Assembly (NCBI GenBank): GCA_029259595.1
Contig: JAJDEW010000017.1
Location: 1,073-65,072 of the forward strand
Reading direction: 5' to 3'
Source: Planctomycetota bacterium
GTDB lineage: Bacteria; Planctomycetota; UBA1135; GCA-002686595
DNA length: 64,000 bases
The translations under genes were made by a program, and so were the position numbers. Below the pieces are notes generated by a model. The model saw only the letters and a program-made list of their open reading frames with translations, was not told the DNA's origin and ran no database searches. Shown in pieces: positions 1 to 8,164 of the stretch (positions are counted from its first letter, which is position 1; every line of letters starts with the position of its first letter).

Positions 1-1
1 C

Positions 2-307
2 CGCTCGTTCCCGCGTCGGCGGGCACTCGTCAAGCGCATCGGGCTCACGCTCTGGAACCTCGGGCAGGCCGTCGGCTGGCAAGGGCGGCTCTTCGGCGAG
101 CTGGAGACCTCCGGCGCGTCGAGCCAGGAGAGCGCGCACGCGGCGAGTCGCTCGGATCGCCACCGCCTGCTCGACCGTTCGCTCGACGACCTGCGCCAGC
201 GACTCGGGTTCGGACGCATCCTGCGGGGCTCCAGCCTGCCGCTCGCCCGGACGCACCCCCTGCGGCCGGATGGTTATCGGCTGCGTACGCCGTCTTTGAA
301 CCAGTGA
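2..307 (+). CDS. Partial CDS (3' end only; the start lies upstream of the window), unknown function. Its position directly upstream of dnaE2 makes an ImuB-like accessory protein possible.
   Basis: Frame 2 is open from position 2 to TGA at 305-307 (...RALVKRIGLTLWNLGQAVGWQGRLFGELETS...RTPSLNQ*). It is GC3-rich like neighbouring genes. It is absent from the ORF track because it has no in-window start. Confidence 0.35.
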   Translation, partial: RSFPRRRALVKRIGLTLWNLGQAVGWQGRLFGELETSGASSQESAHAASRSDRHRLLDRSLDDLRQRLGFGRILRGSSLPLARTHPLRPDGYRLRTPSLNQ

Positions 308-494
308 CGGGGAGGGGGCCCGGTCGCGCCCCCTGGCCGACTCGCTCGAGCCCCACGAAAACGGACTCGCTCGACGCTCCCAACCCTCTTCCCGGACGGC
401 CCTTGGAAGCGCCACGGTCCCAACCCTCTGGCGTGATTTTCGCCTTTTGTTAGGGTCCGCGGAACGGGGGGGGAATTCCGCAAAGACGAGCACC

Positions 495-3400
495 ATGACC
501 TACGTCCCCCTCCGCGTTCACGGCTGGCATTCCCTCCTGACCGGTGTCGATCCCCCCGAGCGGTTGTGCGAACGCGCGGCCGAGCTCGGGCTGGAGGCCC
601 TCGCCTTGACCGACGTGGACGGCACCACGGGGCTCACGGACTTCCTGCGAGCGGCCGCGCGCACAGGGGTGCGGCCGATCGTCGGGGCCGAGCTCAGCGA
701 TGCCGGGCGCCGGCCGGGGCGCGTCATCGCCCTCGTGCAGAACGAGACGGGCTACCGCAACCTGTGCAAGCTCGTGTCGGCCCGCCACCTCGGTGACGAC
801 CCGGGGGAGCGCGAAGCAGCACTCGACGGTCCCGAGAGCTTCGAACTGACCGACGCGGTACGGCGCTTCCAGGACGGGCTCTTCCTGCTGGTCGATCACC
901 CGCGGCTCGTCTACGCCCTCGCGGAAGCCGTACCTCGCGAACGACTCGGCGTCGCGCTCTCCCCCGTCGCCTTGAAGAAGCGTCCGCGACAGCCCCGGGG
1001 CGAGCGCGTGACGGCGGGGCGCGTGGCGGCGGTGCCCGCGCACACCGGCCCCAAGGTCCCACCGCCCGCGCAGGCCGCGGCGGCCGAGGACCTCCTGGAA
1101 TCGGCGCGCGTGTTCGGGCTCGCGACCTTCGCCGTGCCCGACGTGCACTGGGTCGATGCGGAAGGCTTGGAGCACCACCGAACCCGTACGGCGATCAAGT
1201 ACAACGCGCTGCGCTGCGACCTCGCGGCCGGCTGGATGGCGGAACCGCCGGCCCATCTCTTCACGCCGCGCGAGCTGGCGCGGACCTTCCGCGACCTTCC
1301 TGACGTCGCGGGTCCGTTCTCACGAGGCTCGGGGGCCTGGCCGGGAGCGCTCGTGCGCACCGTCGAGGTCGCACGAGGGTGTGCGTACGTGCCGCCGCTG
1401 GGTGGCGTGATCTTCCCGGAGCTCGAGCTCGAAGAAGGAGAGACGCCTTACTCGCGGTTGTGCGCCCTGGCCTTCGACGGGGTGCGGAAACGGTACACAC
1501 CGCTGAAGCCCGAGGTGGTGCGACGGCTCGACTACGAGCTGTGCGCGATCGATGCGCTCGGATACGCGTCTTACTTCCTGCTCGTGAAGCGGATCGCCGA
1601 CTTCGCCCAGGCCGAAGGCATCCCCCACGTCGGGCGCGGCTCGGCTGCGGACAGTCTCGTCGCCTACTGCCTCGAGCTGACCGACGCCGACCCGATGCGT
1701 TACAAGCTGCCCTTCGAACGCTTCCTGAATCCGGCTCGCCAGGACCGTCCGGACATCGACCTCGACTTTTGCTGGCGGCGCCGCGACGAGGTGCTCGAGC
1801 GGGTCGGCAGCGCCTTCGGGTGCGAGCGCACGGCGATGATCGCCACCCTGAACCGCTTCGGCCTGCGCGCGGCCTTCCGCGAAGCCGCCCTGGCCGAGGG
1901 CCTCCCCCCCGTCGAGGTCAACCGCTGGTCGCGCCGCCTGCCCTGGATCGTGTCGAACGCCGGCTCGACCGAGAGCGGCCTCGACGAGCCGCACGAGCTC
2001 CCGACACCCCAAGATCCCACATTCTCCGCCACCTTCCCCGCCCCGCCCGGTCCCCCGGGCGGGTGGGGGCTGGGGATGGATGATGAGGGTGGGGGCCCAC
2101 CGGGGATGGATGATGAGGGTGGGGGCCCACCGGGGACAGACCACCGGGGTGGGGGCCCACCGGGGACGGACCACCGGGGTGGCAACGGTCCGCCGCGGCC
2201 GGCGTTGCCGCCCGGGCTGGGGACGAATCCCATCGCCCTGGCCCTTCGTGCGACGCCCGAGTGTGCGGACTTTCCGTTCACGACGCCGCCCTATCCGCTC
2301 GTGTTGCGGGTAGCGGCGGCGCTCTTGGATGCACCGCGGCATCTCGGGTTGCATCCGGGTGGGGTCGTCGTGGCGCCGGGACCGATCACGGATCTCGTGG
2401 CGTGTCAGCGGGCGACGAAGGGGGTGCTCATGACGCAGCTCGACAAGGACGGGGTCGAGGCGATCGGTCTCGTGAAGATGGACCTGCTCGGGAACCGGGC
2501 GCTCACGATCCTGGACGACTGCTCGAAGCTCTTGGGGCGGGAGCTCGAGCTCGCGACCGTGCCCGAAGACGATCGGCGCACGGCGGAGATGCTCGCGCGC
2601 GGAGAGACGCTCGGGTGCTTCCAGATCGAATCGCCGGGGATGCGCAACCTCCTGAAGCAGACGGCGGCGCGGAACATGGACGACGTCATTCAGGCGGTGG
2701 CCTTGATCCGGCCCGGGCCGGCTTCGTCGGGGATGAAGGACGCCTACGTGCGTCGCTTCCGTGGGTTGGAGGAGCCTCGGCCGCCCCACCCGCGCTTGAC
2801 CGAGCTCTTGTGGGACACGCACGGGGTGATGCTGTACCAGGAGGACGTCATGCAGGCCGTCGTCCTGATGGCGGGGCTCGAGCTCTCGCAGGCCGACGAA
2901 CTGCGGCGGGCGCTCGCGAAGCGCCGCGGACCCGAGCTCGAGCGACTGCGCGAGCTCTACTTCCGAGGTTGTGCGCGTGAAGGGGTCGAGCTCGCCGGTG
3001 CCAACCGGGTGTGGGAGCTCGTGATGAACTTCGCCTCCTTCGGCTTCTGCAAGGCGCACGCGGTGACCTACGGGCGGATCGCCTACCACACCGCCTACCT
3101 GAAGGCCCACTGGCCGGCCGCCTACCTCACGGCCTTCTTGAACAGCGAAACCGGCTACTACGCGACGCGCGTCTACATCGAGGAAGCACGACGGCTCGGC
3201 GTGCTCATCCTGCCGCCCGATGTGAACCGCAGCGGGAAGGGCTTCGAGCTCGAGCGCTCGGAGGCCGAGCCGGGGATCCGGGTCGGGCTCGAGCGGGTCA
3301 AGGGGCTCTCGGCGGCGACGCTGGCCTCGATCCTCGAGCAGCGCGAAGCGAACGGCCTCTTCCTCTCGCTGCCCGACTTCCTGCGGCGCTCGGGCGCGCG

Positions 3401-4118
3401 CGTCGACGAGACCGAGCACCTGATCCAGAGCGGGGCCTTCGACGCCTTCGACCGTACCCGGCCCGAGATGCTCCTGCGCCTGCACCTCTTGGTCGCGCCC
3501 GAACGCCGGGCTCCGCGCGCGCGCGCGGGAGAGGCACCACTCGACGCGAATCGGCTGGCCGCTTGCCGCCTCTCTCCCGACGAAACCGCACGTTCCAATC
3601 AGCAGATGCCGACCGGTGGTTGGTCGCGCGGGAGCATCGGGGTCGGCGGGCTGACCCTCGGGCCGGGCGAGAGCGCGTCGCTCTTCGCCGCTCCCGAGAC
3701 ACCGACGCTCGCGCTCCCCTCCTTGCCCGAGGTCGATCGTGCGACGCGCGGCCGACTCGAGCTCGAGCTGCTCGGCCTGAACGTCACGTCGCATCCCACG
3801 GAGCTCTTCCCTTGCTCGCTCGAATCACACGGCACGTCGCCCCCGCGCATCCCCTGCCGCGATCTCGATCGCCACCGCGGCCTGCGCGTCAGCCTGTGCG
3901 GCTGGCTCGCGGCCTCACGCCGCGTTCGCACGAAGGACTCCCGCTGGATGCGCTTCTTGACGCTCGAAGACGCCTCCGGAATCGCCGAAGCCGTGCTCTT
4001 CGCCAACGTCTACGAACGCGATGGGCACCGTCTGGTCCACCGCGGGCCGTTCCTGATCTCCGGACGCGTCGAGGATCAGATGGGTGCGTGCACACTGCAC
4101 GCGGACAGGATCTGGTAA
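495..4118 (+). CDS. dnaE2: DNA polymerase III alpha-family catalytic subunit, probably the error-prone DnaE2 (ImuC) type.
   Basis: The ORF track gives 447..4118. The likely start is ATG 495 (MTYVPLRVHGWHSLLTG), a PHP-domain N-terminus. Pol III alpha core motifs are present (GRGSAADSLVAYCLELTDADP, RPDIDLDF, FQIESPGM). The protein ends right after a C-terminal OB-fold (RFLTLEDASG...) with no tau/beta-binding extension, which is typical of DnaE2 rather than DnaE1. Confidence 0.8.
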   Translation: MTYVPLRVHGWHSLLTGVDPPERLCERAAELGLEALALTDVDGTTGLTDFLRAAARTGVRPIVGAELSDAGRRPGRVIALVQNETGYRNLCKLVSARHLGDDPGEREAALDGPESFELTDAVRRFQDGLFLLVDHPRLVYALAEAVPRERLGVALSPVALKKRPRQPRGERVTAGRVAAVPAHTGPKVPPPAQAAAAEDLLESARVFGLATFAVPDVHWVDAEGLEHHRTRTAIKYNALRCDLAAGWMAEPPAHLFTPRELARTFRDLPDVAGPFSRGSGAWPGALVRTVEVARGCAYVPPLGGVIFPELELEEGETPYSRLCALAFDGVRKRYTPLKPEVVRRLDYELCAIDALGYASYFLLVKRIADFAQAEGIPHVGRGSAADSLVAYCLELTDADPMRYKLPFERFLNPARQDRPDIDLDFCWRRRDEVLERVGSAFGCERTAMIATLNRFGLRAAFREAALAEGLPPVEVNRWSRRLPWIVSNAGSTESGLDEPHELPTPQDPTFSATFPAPPGPPGGWGLGMDDEGGGPPGMDDEGGGPPGTDHRGGGPPGTDHRGGNGPPRPALPPGLGTNPIALALRATPECADFPFTTPPYPLVLRVAAALLDAPRHLGLHPGGVVVAPGPITDLVACQRATKGVLMTQLDKDGVEAIGLVKMDLLGNRALTILDDCSKLLGRELELATVPEDDRRTAEMLARGETLGCFQIESPGMRNLLKQTAARNMDDVIQAVALIRPGPASSGMKDAYVRRFRGLEEPRPPHPRLTELLWDTHGVMLYQEDVMQAVVLMAGLELSQADELRRALAKRRGPELERLRELYFRGCAREGVELAGANRVWELVMNFASFGFCKAHAVTYGRIAYHTAYLKAHWPAAYLTAFLNSETGYYATRVYIEEARRLGVLILPPDVNRSGKGFELERSEAEPGIRVGLERVKGLSAATLASILEQREANGLFLSLPDFLRRSGARVDETEHLIQSGAFDAFDRTRPEMLLRLHLLVAPERRAPRARAGEAPLDANRLAACRLSPDETARSNQQMPTGGWSRGSIGVGGLTLGPGESASLFAAPETPTLALPSLPEVDRATRGRLELELLGLNVTSHPTELFPCSLESHGTSPPRIPCRDLDRHRGLRVSLCGWLAASRRVRTKDSRWMRFLTLEDASGIAEAVLFANVYERDGHRLVHRGPFLISGRVEDQMGACTLHADRIW
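2071..2190 (+). repeat. In-frame 30-bp x4 tandem repeat inside dnaE2. It encodes PGMDDEGGGP x2 followed by PGTDHRGGGP x2.
   Basis: Four consecutive 30-nt units are read directly from the sequence: two identical (cggggatggatgatgagggtgggggcccac) and two of a variant subtype. Confidence 0.85.
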
Positions 4119-4130
4119 CGAGAACCGGTG

Positions 4131-4847
4131 TCAGTCTTCCTCGTCCTGGTAGCGCAGGCTGACGTTCTCCCGCCCCATTTCACGCAAGCGATCCGGCGAC
4201 TTCTTCAAGCCCAGGTTGTGAGCCTTCGAGACGACGCTCTTGACCGAACGGTCCAGCTTGCGAGCGATCTCGAGGTTGGGCTGCGTCGGATACTCGCGCT
4301 TAAGGAACTCGAGTTCGTCGTTCGACCAGCGCGGCATCTTGGTGGCCGCCTCGCCCCGCAGCTTGCGCACGAAGGCCTTGTCCTTCGCCAGTGCATGCTC
4401 GTTCGCGAGGGTATGGATGTCGGTGACGGTCCGCCCGAAGATGCGGGAGAGATCGTCGTCCGTCCGGGTCCCATAGATGCGCTTGAACTCCGCGACCTCC
4501 TCCCGGGTCCACGAGCCATCGCGTTGGATTCGACCGAGCTCCAGGATCTGCGCGTCCACCTCGTCCACGCTGCGCCCCAGGATCCTCGCGATCACTTCGG
4601 GGGTCGTCGCACCGAGATACTTCTTGAGGTCCTCCGCCTCACGCGCCGTCCACGGACCGGTCTTGGTCCGCTTGGGGAACAGCTTCTCGGCCATCTTCCG
4701 CACGCTCGAAACAGGTCGGTTCAGCTCGCGTGCGATGGTCGCATCGTCACGCAATCCGTACAGGTCCCGGAGACGCGCTTGCTCCGCCTGGGACCATCGA
4801 CCCCTTCGAGGTGTAGACGACCGGTTGCCTCCAGCGTCTCTTTGCAC
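4131..4847 (-). CDS. Protein made of four tandem ~45-aa Myb/SANT-like (or sigma-70 region 4-like) helix-turn-helix repeats; putative DNA-binding protein.
   Basis: Four repeats fit W-x2-E-x3-L-x3-YG-...-IAR-x-L-x-R-x-V-x-S-V. They are WSQAEQARLRDLYGLRDDATIARELNRPVSSV, WTAREAEDLKKYLGATTPEVIARILGRSVDEV, WTREEVAEFKRIYGTRTDDDLSRIFGRTVTDI and WSNDELEFLKREYPTQPNLEIARKLDRSVKSV. The ORF is GC3-rich. Confidence 0.6.
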   Translation of the reverse strand: MQRDAGGNRSSTPRRGRWSQAEQARLRDLYGLRDDATIARELNRPVSSVRKMAEKLFPKRTKTGPWTAREAEDLKKYLGATTPEVIARILGRSVDEVDAQILELGRIQRDGSWTREEVAEFKRIYGTRTDDDLSRIFGRTVTDIHTLANEHALAKDKAFVRKLRGEAATKMPRWSNDELEFLKREYPTQPNLEIARKLDRSVKSVVSKAHNLGLKKSPDRLREMGRENVSLRYQDEED

Positions 4848-5027
4848 CCTATCTCCTCGTCACGTGGTGTGAGCGTCCAGGCTCCCTCGCCACCTCCCCC
4901 TGCGCGCGTGTGTCCCTTGAGAAGGGGAGAGGGTTCGAGTTCCGTTCTGCTCGGCTTTGTCTGGCCGCGTCGGATTGTATAGGGAACGACCCCCGGCGGC
5001 GCCAGTCCCGCGCCGTGGAATGTGCCC

Positions 5028-6806
5028 TCAGGCCCCTTTCCGACTCGATTCTTCTCCATCGACTTGGTCCCGGATCTTTTGCAACACCCCGCGCACGCCC
5101 TCGGACGTGTCCTGGGCGAGCGCCTCCTCCGCGAAGGAACTCGCATCGGTCGCACGGATGCGACGAACGGCGTACTTGATCTCGGGCACGAATTGCGGCG
5201 CGACGCTGACCGAGGTGTAGCCCAATCCCTGCAACAACACCGCGGTAGCAGGGTCGCCGGCGATGTCGCCACAGACCGAGGCAGGCCGTCCCGCCGCCTG
5301 AGCACCGCGCGCGATTTGCGCCAGGGCCCGCACGACAGCCGGGTGCTGCGGGTCGTAGAGATCCGCCACCCAGGGATTGTCGCGGTCGACCGCGAGCAGG
5401 TACTGCACGAGATCGTTGGTTCCGACGCTCACGAAGTCGACCTCCGCCACGATGCGCTCGAAGTCGAGCACGGCCGAGGGGACCTCGATCATGGCTCCGA
5501 CCGGCAGATCATCCACGGTCTCGTAGCCTTGGCGGTCGAGGTCCTTGCGCACCTCGTCGAAAATCCCGTGAACCGTCCGGATCTCCTCGAGCGAGGTCAC
5601 CATCGGCATGAGGATGCGCAGATCGCCACTGGGGCTCGCCCGCAGCATCGCACGCAGCTGGACGCGAAGCAGGTCGCTCCACTGCAACGTGATGCGAATC
5701 CCCCGCCAACCCAGCGCGGGATTCTGCTCGGGCGGCGTCTGGAAGTAGGGCAGGGGCTTGTCGCCACCGATGTCCAGGAGACGCAGGGTCACCGGCCGCC
5801 CGTCCATGTGCTCGAGCACGCGCCGGTAGAGCCGATACTGCTCCTCTTCGGAGGGGAACTCGCTGCGCTCCATGTACAGGAATTCGGTCCGTAGCAAGCC
5901 GACGCCGTCGGTGTACTCCCCGTTGAAGGTGTCGAGGTCGCGCACGCTCTCGATGTTGACGAGGATCGGCAGCTCGACGCCGTCGGGCGTGACCGCCGAG
6001 TGACCCGACTCTTCGCGCAGGGTCTGGCGCCGACTCTCTTGCTGGCGCTTCTTCGAAAGGAAGCGCTCGAGCTGCTCTTCCTCGGGCCGAAAGAGGATCT
6101 CGCCACGATCCCCGTCGACGGCGATCACCATGTTCTGCTCGAGTCGTGGCAGCAGGTTCGCGATCCCCACGACGCACGGAATTCCCATCGACCGCGCGAG
6201 CACGGCGCCGTGGGAGAAGCGCCCTCCCTTCTCGGAGACGATGGCGAGGATCCGTTCGCGTCCCAGGTACGTGGCGACGTGAGGCGTGAGCTCACCCGAG
6301 GCCAGGACGACCTTCGATTGCTCCTGCTGGATCTCCTCGCGATCCCGGCTCTGCAACATGTCCAGCACGAGCCGCCAGGGGTCGCTCACGTCGGCGGCGT
6401 AGCCGCGCACGCTCGCGCCTTCCAGGTTCCCCATCGTCTCCTGGAAGCGTCGGATGAGGCGCTGGACCGCGGCCTCCGCGTTGATGCGCTCTTCCGCGAT
6501 CGACGACTCGACCTCCCGCAAGGCGCCGGGATCCTGGAGGATCATCCGGTGCACCGCGAAGATCTCCGCATCCTTCTCGTTGGTCGAGGTCGAGATCAAG
6601 CGCCGGCGCTCTTCGAGCGACTCCGAGGCGGCGTTCATCGCATTCGCCAGCCGTCCGATCTCGAGCGCGATCTCCTCGCGCGCGATGTTCCAGGTCGGCG
6701 TGTCATCGGCGCCAGCGTGCACGACGTGGACGGGCCCTACGGCCAATCCAGGCGAAACGGCGATCCCTTGTACGGTCCTTCCTTGCATGGCGAAAAACTG
6801 GCTCAC
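5028..6806 (-). CDS. ptsI: Phosphoenolpyruvate-protein phosphotransferase (PTS enzyme I).
   Basis: N-terminal GIAVSPGLAVG, phospho-His domain ILAIVSEKGGRFSHGAVLARSMGIPCVVG, and the PEP-utilising C-terminal domain (LRTEFLYM, GTNDLVQY). Length 592 aa. Confidence 0.85.
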   Translation of the reverse strand: MSQFFAMQGRTVQGIAVSPGLAVGPVHVVHAGADDTPTWNIAREEIALEIGRLANAMNAASESLEERRRLISTSTNEKDAEIFAVHRMILQDPGALREVESSIAEERINAEAAVQRLIRRFQETMGNLEGASVRGYAADVSDPWRLVLDMLQSRDREEIQQEQSKVVLASGELTPHVATYLGRERILAIVSEKGGRFSHGAVLARSMGIPCVVGIANLLPRLEQNMVIAVDGDRGEILFRPEEEQLERFLSKKRQQESRRQTLREESGHSAVTPDGVELPILVNIESVRDLDTFNGEYTDGVGLLRTEFLYMERSEFPSEEEQYRLYRRVLEHMDGRPVTLRLLDIGGDKPLPYFQTPPEQNPALGWRGIRITLQWSDLLRVQLRAMLRASPSGDLRILMPMVTSLEEIRTVHGIFDEVRKDLDRQGYETVDDLPVGAMIEVPSAVLDFERIVAEVDFVSVGTNDLVQYLLAVDRDNPWVADLYDPQHPAVVRALAQIARGAQAAGRPASVCGDIAGDPATAVLLQGLGYTSVSVAPQFVPEIKYAVRRIRATDASSFAEEALAQDTSEGVRGVLQKIRDQVDGEESSRKGA

Positions 6807-7020
6807 ACCTTACCGGACACGCCGATCCGGAGCGAGATACGCCCCGGAGCGGGCTTTGCCTCAAGATGACCTGAGGCGCGATTCGAGAGGAAGCAAACGA
6901 CTTCCGACCGGCTCACGGCGAGGAAGAGGCGGTGCTTCGTCTCACGACCGGGAGCTCGGCACCGGGTCACCTGTGGCCCGGCGCGGGAGACCCGGAAACC
7001 ACGCCTGGAGACGACGATCC

Positions 7021-8160
7021 ATGTCCCTCTCGAATTTCGATCACGAGCTCGACGACGCCCCCGAACGCACCTCCACGGGACAGCGCTCGGCCTTCCTGTT
7101 CCTCTTGGCCCTGGGGCTCGGGAACTTCGGCGCCGGGGCGGCCTTCGCGTTCGGCCCGCCCTACTCATGGCAGCTCACGAGGATTTCGCGCACGGTCGCG
7201 GAGCTCGGAATCGAGAACGGCTCGCTCCTCGTCGGCGGCATGTTCTTCCTGGCGCTGGCCTTCATGTTCCGCAGTCAGGCCAGGATGCAAGCCTCACGCA
7301 ACGAGGTCACCGAGGGGCGTGAATCGGACCTGTCGCAGATCGTCGATCAGCTGGCCTCGGAAGTGGCGCGTATCCGCGCGGGCATTCAACAAGTCGGCGA
7401 CAACGTCGTGGTCCTGGCCCGGGGACAACAGGAAGCACAAGCCGCCCAGGCGGCGAACCTGGCGGCCGTCCAGTCTGCCCTGCTCTCGGCGCTCCAGGAA
7501 GCGAGCGCCGACTTCGGGCAGCCGTCGAACGCCGACGCCGAGGGACGCGAAGCGCTCTTCCGGTTGGCTGCCAGTCTCGACAAGCTGCACGCGCGGATCG
7601 ACGAAGGCCTCAACGGCTTCGCAAAGCGTATGGGCGAGAGTTCGAAGGCACTCGCCATCGAGGTGCGGGAGAGCAAGCAGGCCACGCTCGACAAGGTCGA
7701 GAGCCTCGTCAGCGCCGCGCGCAAGTCGACGCCCGCCCAGCCGGCGCCACAGCCTCGCGCACCGCAAGCCGCCCATGCCCAGGCTCCCGCGCGCAGAGCT
7801 CCGGCTCCGGGCTCGGAACTGGCTGCCCATCGACCGCTGAGCCTCGGGCAGCCCCAGCAGCCCTCGGCCGGACCGCAACCGCACTTCCCGACCGTCGAAC
7901 CCGCCGCGCCGTTTCCGTCGTCTGTGGACCCCGCGTCGCTCTCGTTCGGCGGCGAGGAACTCGACATCGTGGTCGATCTCGATGCGGAAGACCTGCATGA
8001 CCCGCAGGCGAACGAGTTCTTCCAGACGGTGTCCGACCTCGATGCGATGGTCCAGGATCCGGGCTTTCGCCAAGAGGGAACGCACTACGAGGTCGACCGC
8101 ATCGAAATTGACGACGACTTCGATTCGCAGAACGACGACGGCTTCTTCCCGACGAGCTGA
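7021..8160 (+). CDS. Hypothetical membrane protein with two TM helices, a coiled coil, a Pro/Gln/Ala-rich linker and an acidic C-terminus.
   Basis: The ORF-track ORF 6454..8160 overlaps ptsI. The first plausible start is ATG 7021 (MSLSNFDHELDD). Hydrophobic segments LFLLALGLGNFGAGAAFAF and LLVGGMFFLALAFMF are present. Divergent from ptsI. Confidence 0.5.
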   Translation: MSLSNFDHELDDAPERTSTGQRSAFLFLLALGLGNFGAGAAFAFGPPYSWQLTRISRTVAELGIENGSLLVGGMFFLALAFMFRSQARMQASRNEVTEGRESDLSQIVDQLASEVARIRAGIQQVGDNVVVLARGQQEAQAAQAANLAAVQSALLSALQEASADFGQPSNADAEGREALFRLAASLDKLHARIDEGLNGFAKRMGESSKALAIEVRESKQATLDKVESLVSAARKSTPAQPAPQPRAPQAAHAQAPARRAPAPGSELAAHRPLSLGQPQQPSAGPQPHFPTVEPAAPFPSSVDPASLSFGGEELDIVVDLDAEDLHDPQANEFFQTVSDLDAMVQDPGFRQEGTHYEVDRIEIDDDFDSQNDDGFFPTS

Positions 8161-8164
8161 AGCG

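Noticed and set aside
447-494. Upstream ATG 447 proposed as the dnaE2 start.
   Set aside because: DnaE-family proteins begin with the PHP motif found at M(495)TYVPLRVHGW. The 16 residues before it are not conserved, so the first-ATG call is likely an over-extension.
1320-3794. Long minus-strand ORF (824 aa) antisense to dnaE2. Similar giant ORFs occur at 15249-17549 (+), 15407-16792 (-), 19638-22109 (+), 31659-33026 (+), 60032-61498 (+) and 60930-63515 (-).
   Set aside because: Their translations are Arg/Pro/Gly-rich low-complexity sequence, which is typical of the non-coding frames of 70% GC DNA, and each lies opposite a gene with clear homology.
447-4118. Calling the polymerase the replicative DnaE1.
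   Set aside because: The protein terminates immediately after the OB-fold with no C-terminal tau/beta-clamp-binding domain, and an unrelated partial gene precedes it. DnaE2 is favoured but not proven.
6454-7020. 5' part of ORF-track ORF 6454-8160.
   Set aside because: It overlaps ptsI on the opposite strand, and its sequence is Ser/Arg-rich junk until the MSLSNF start at 7021.
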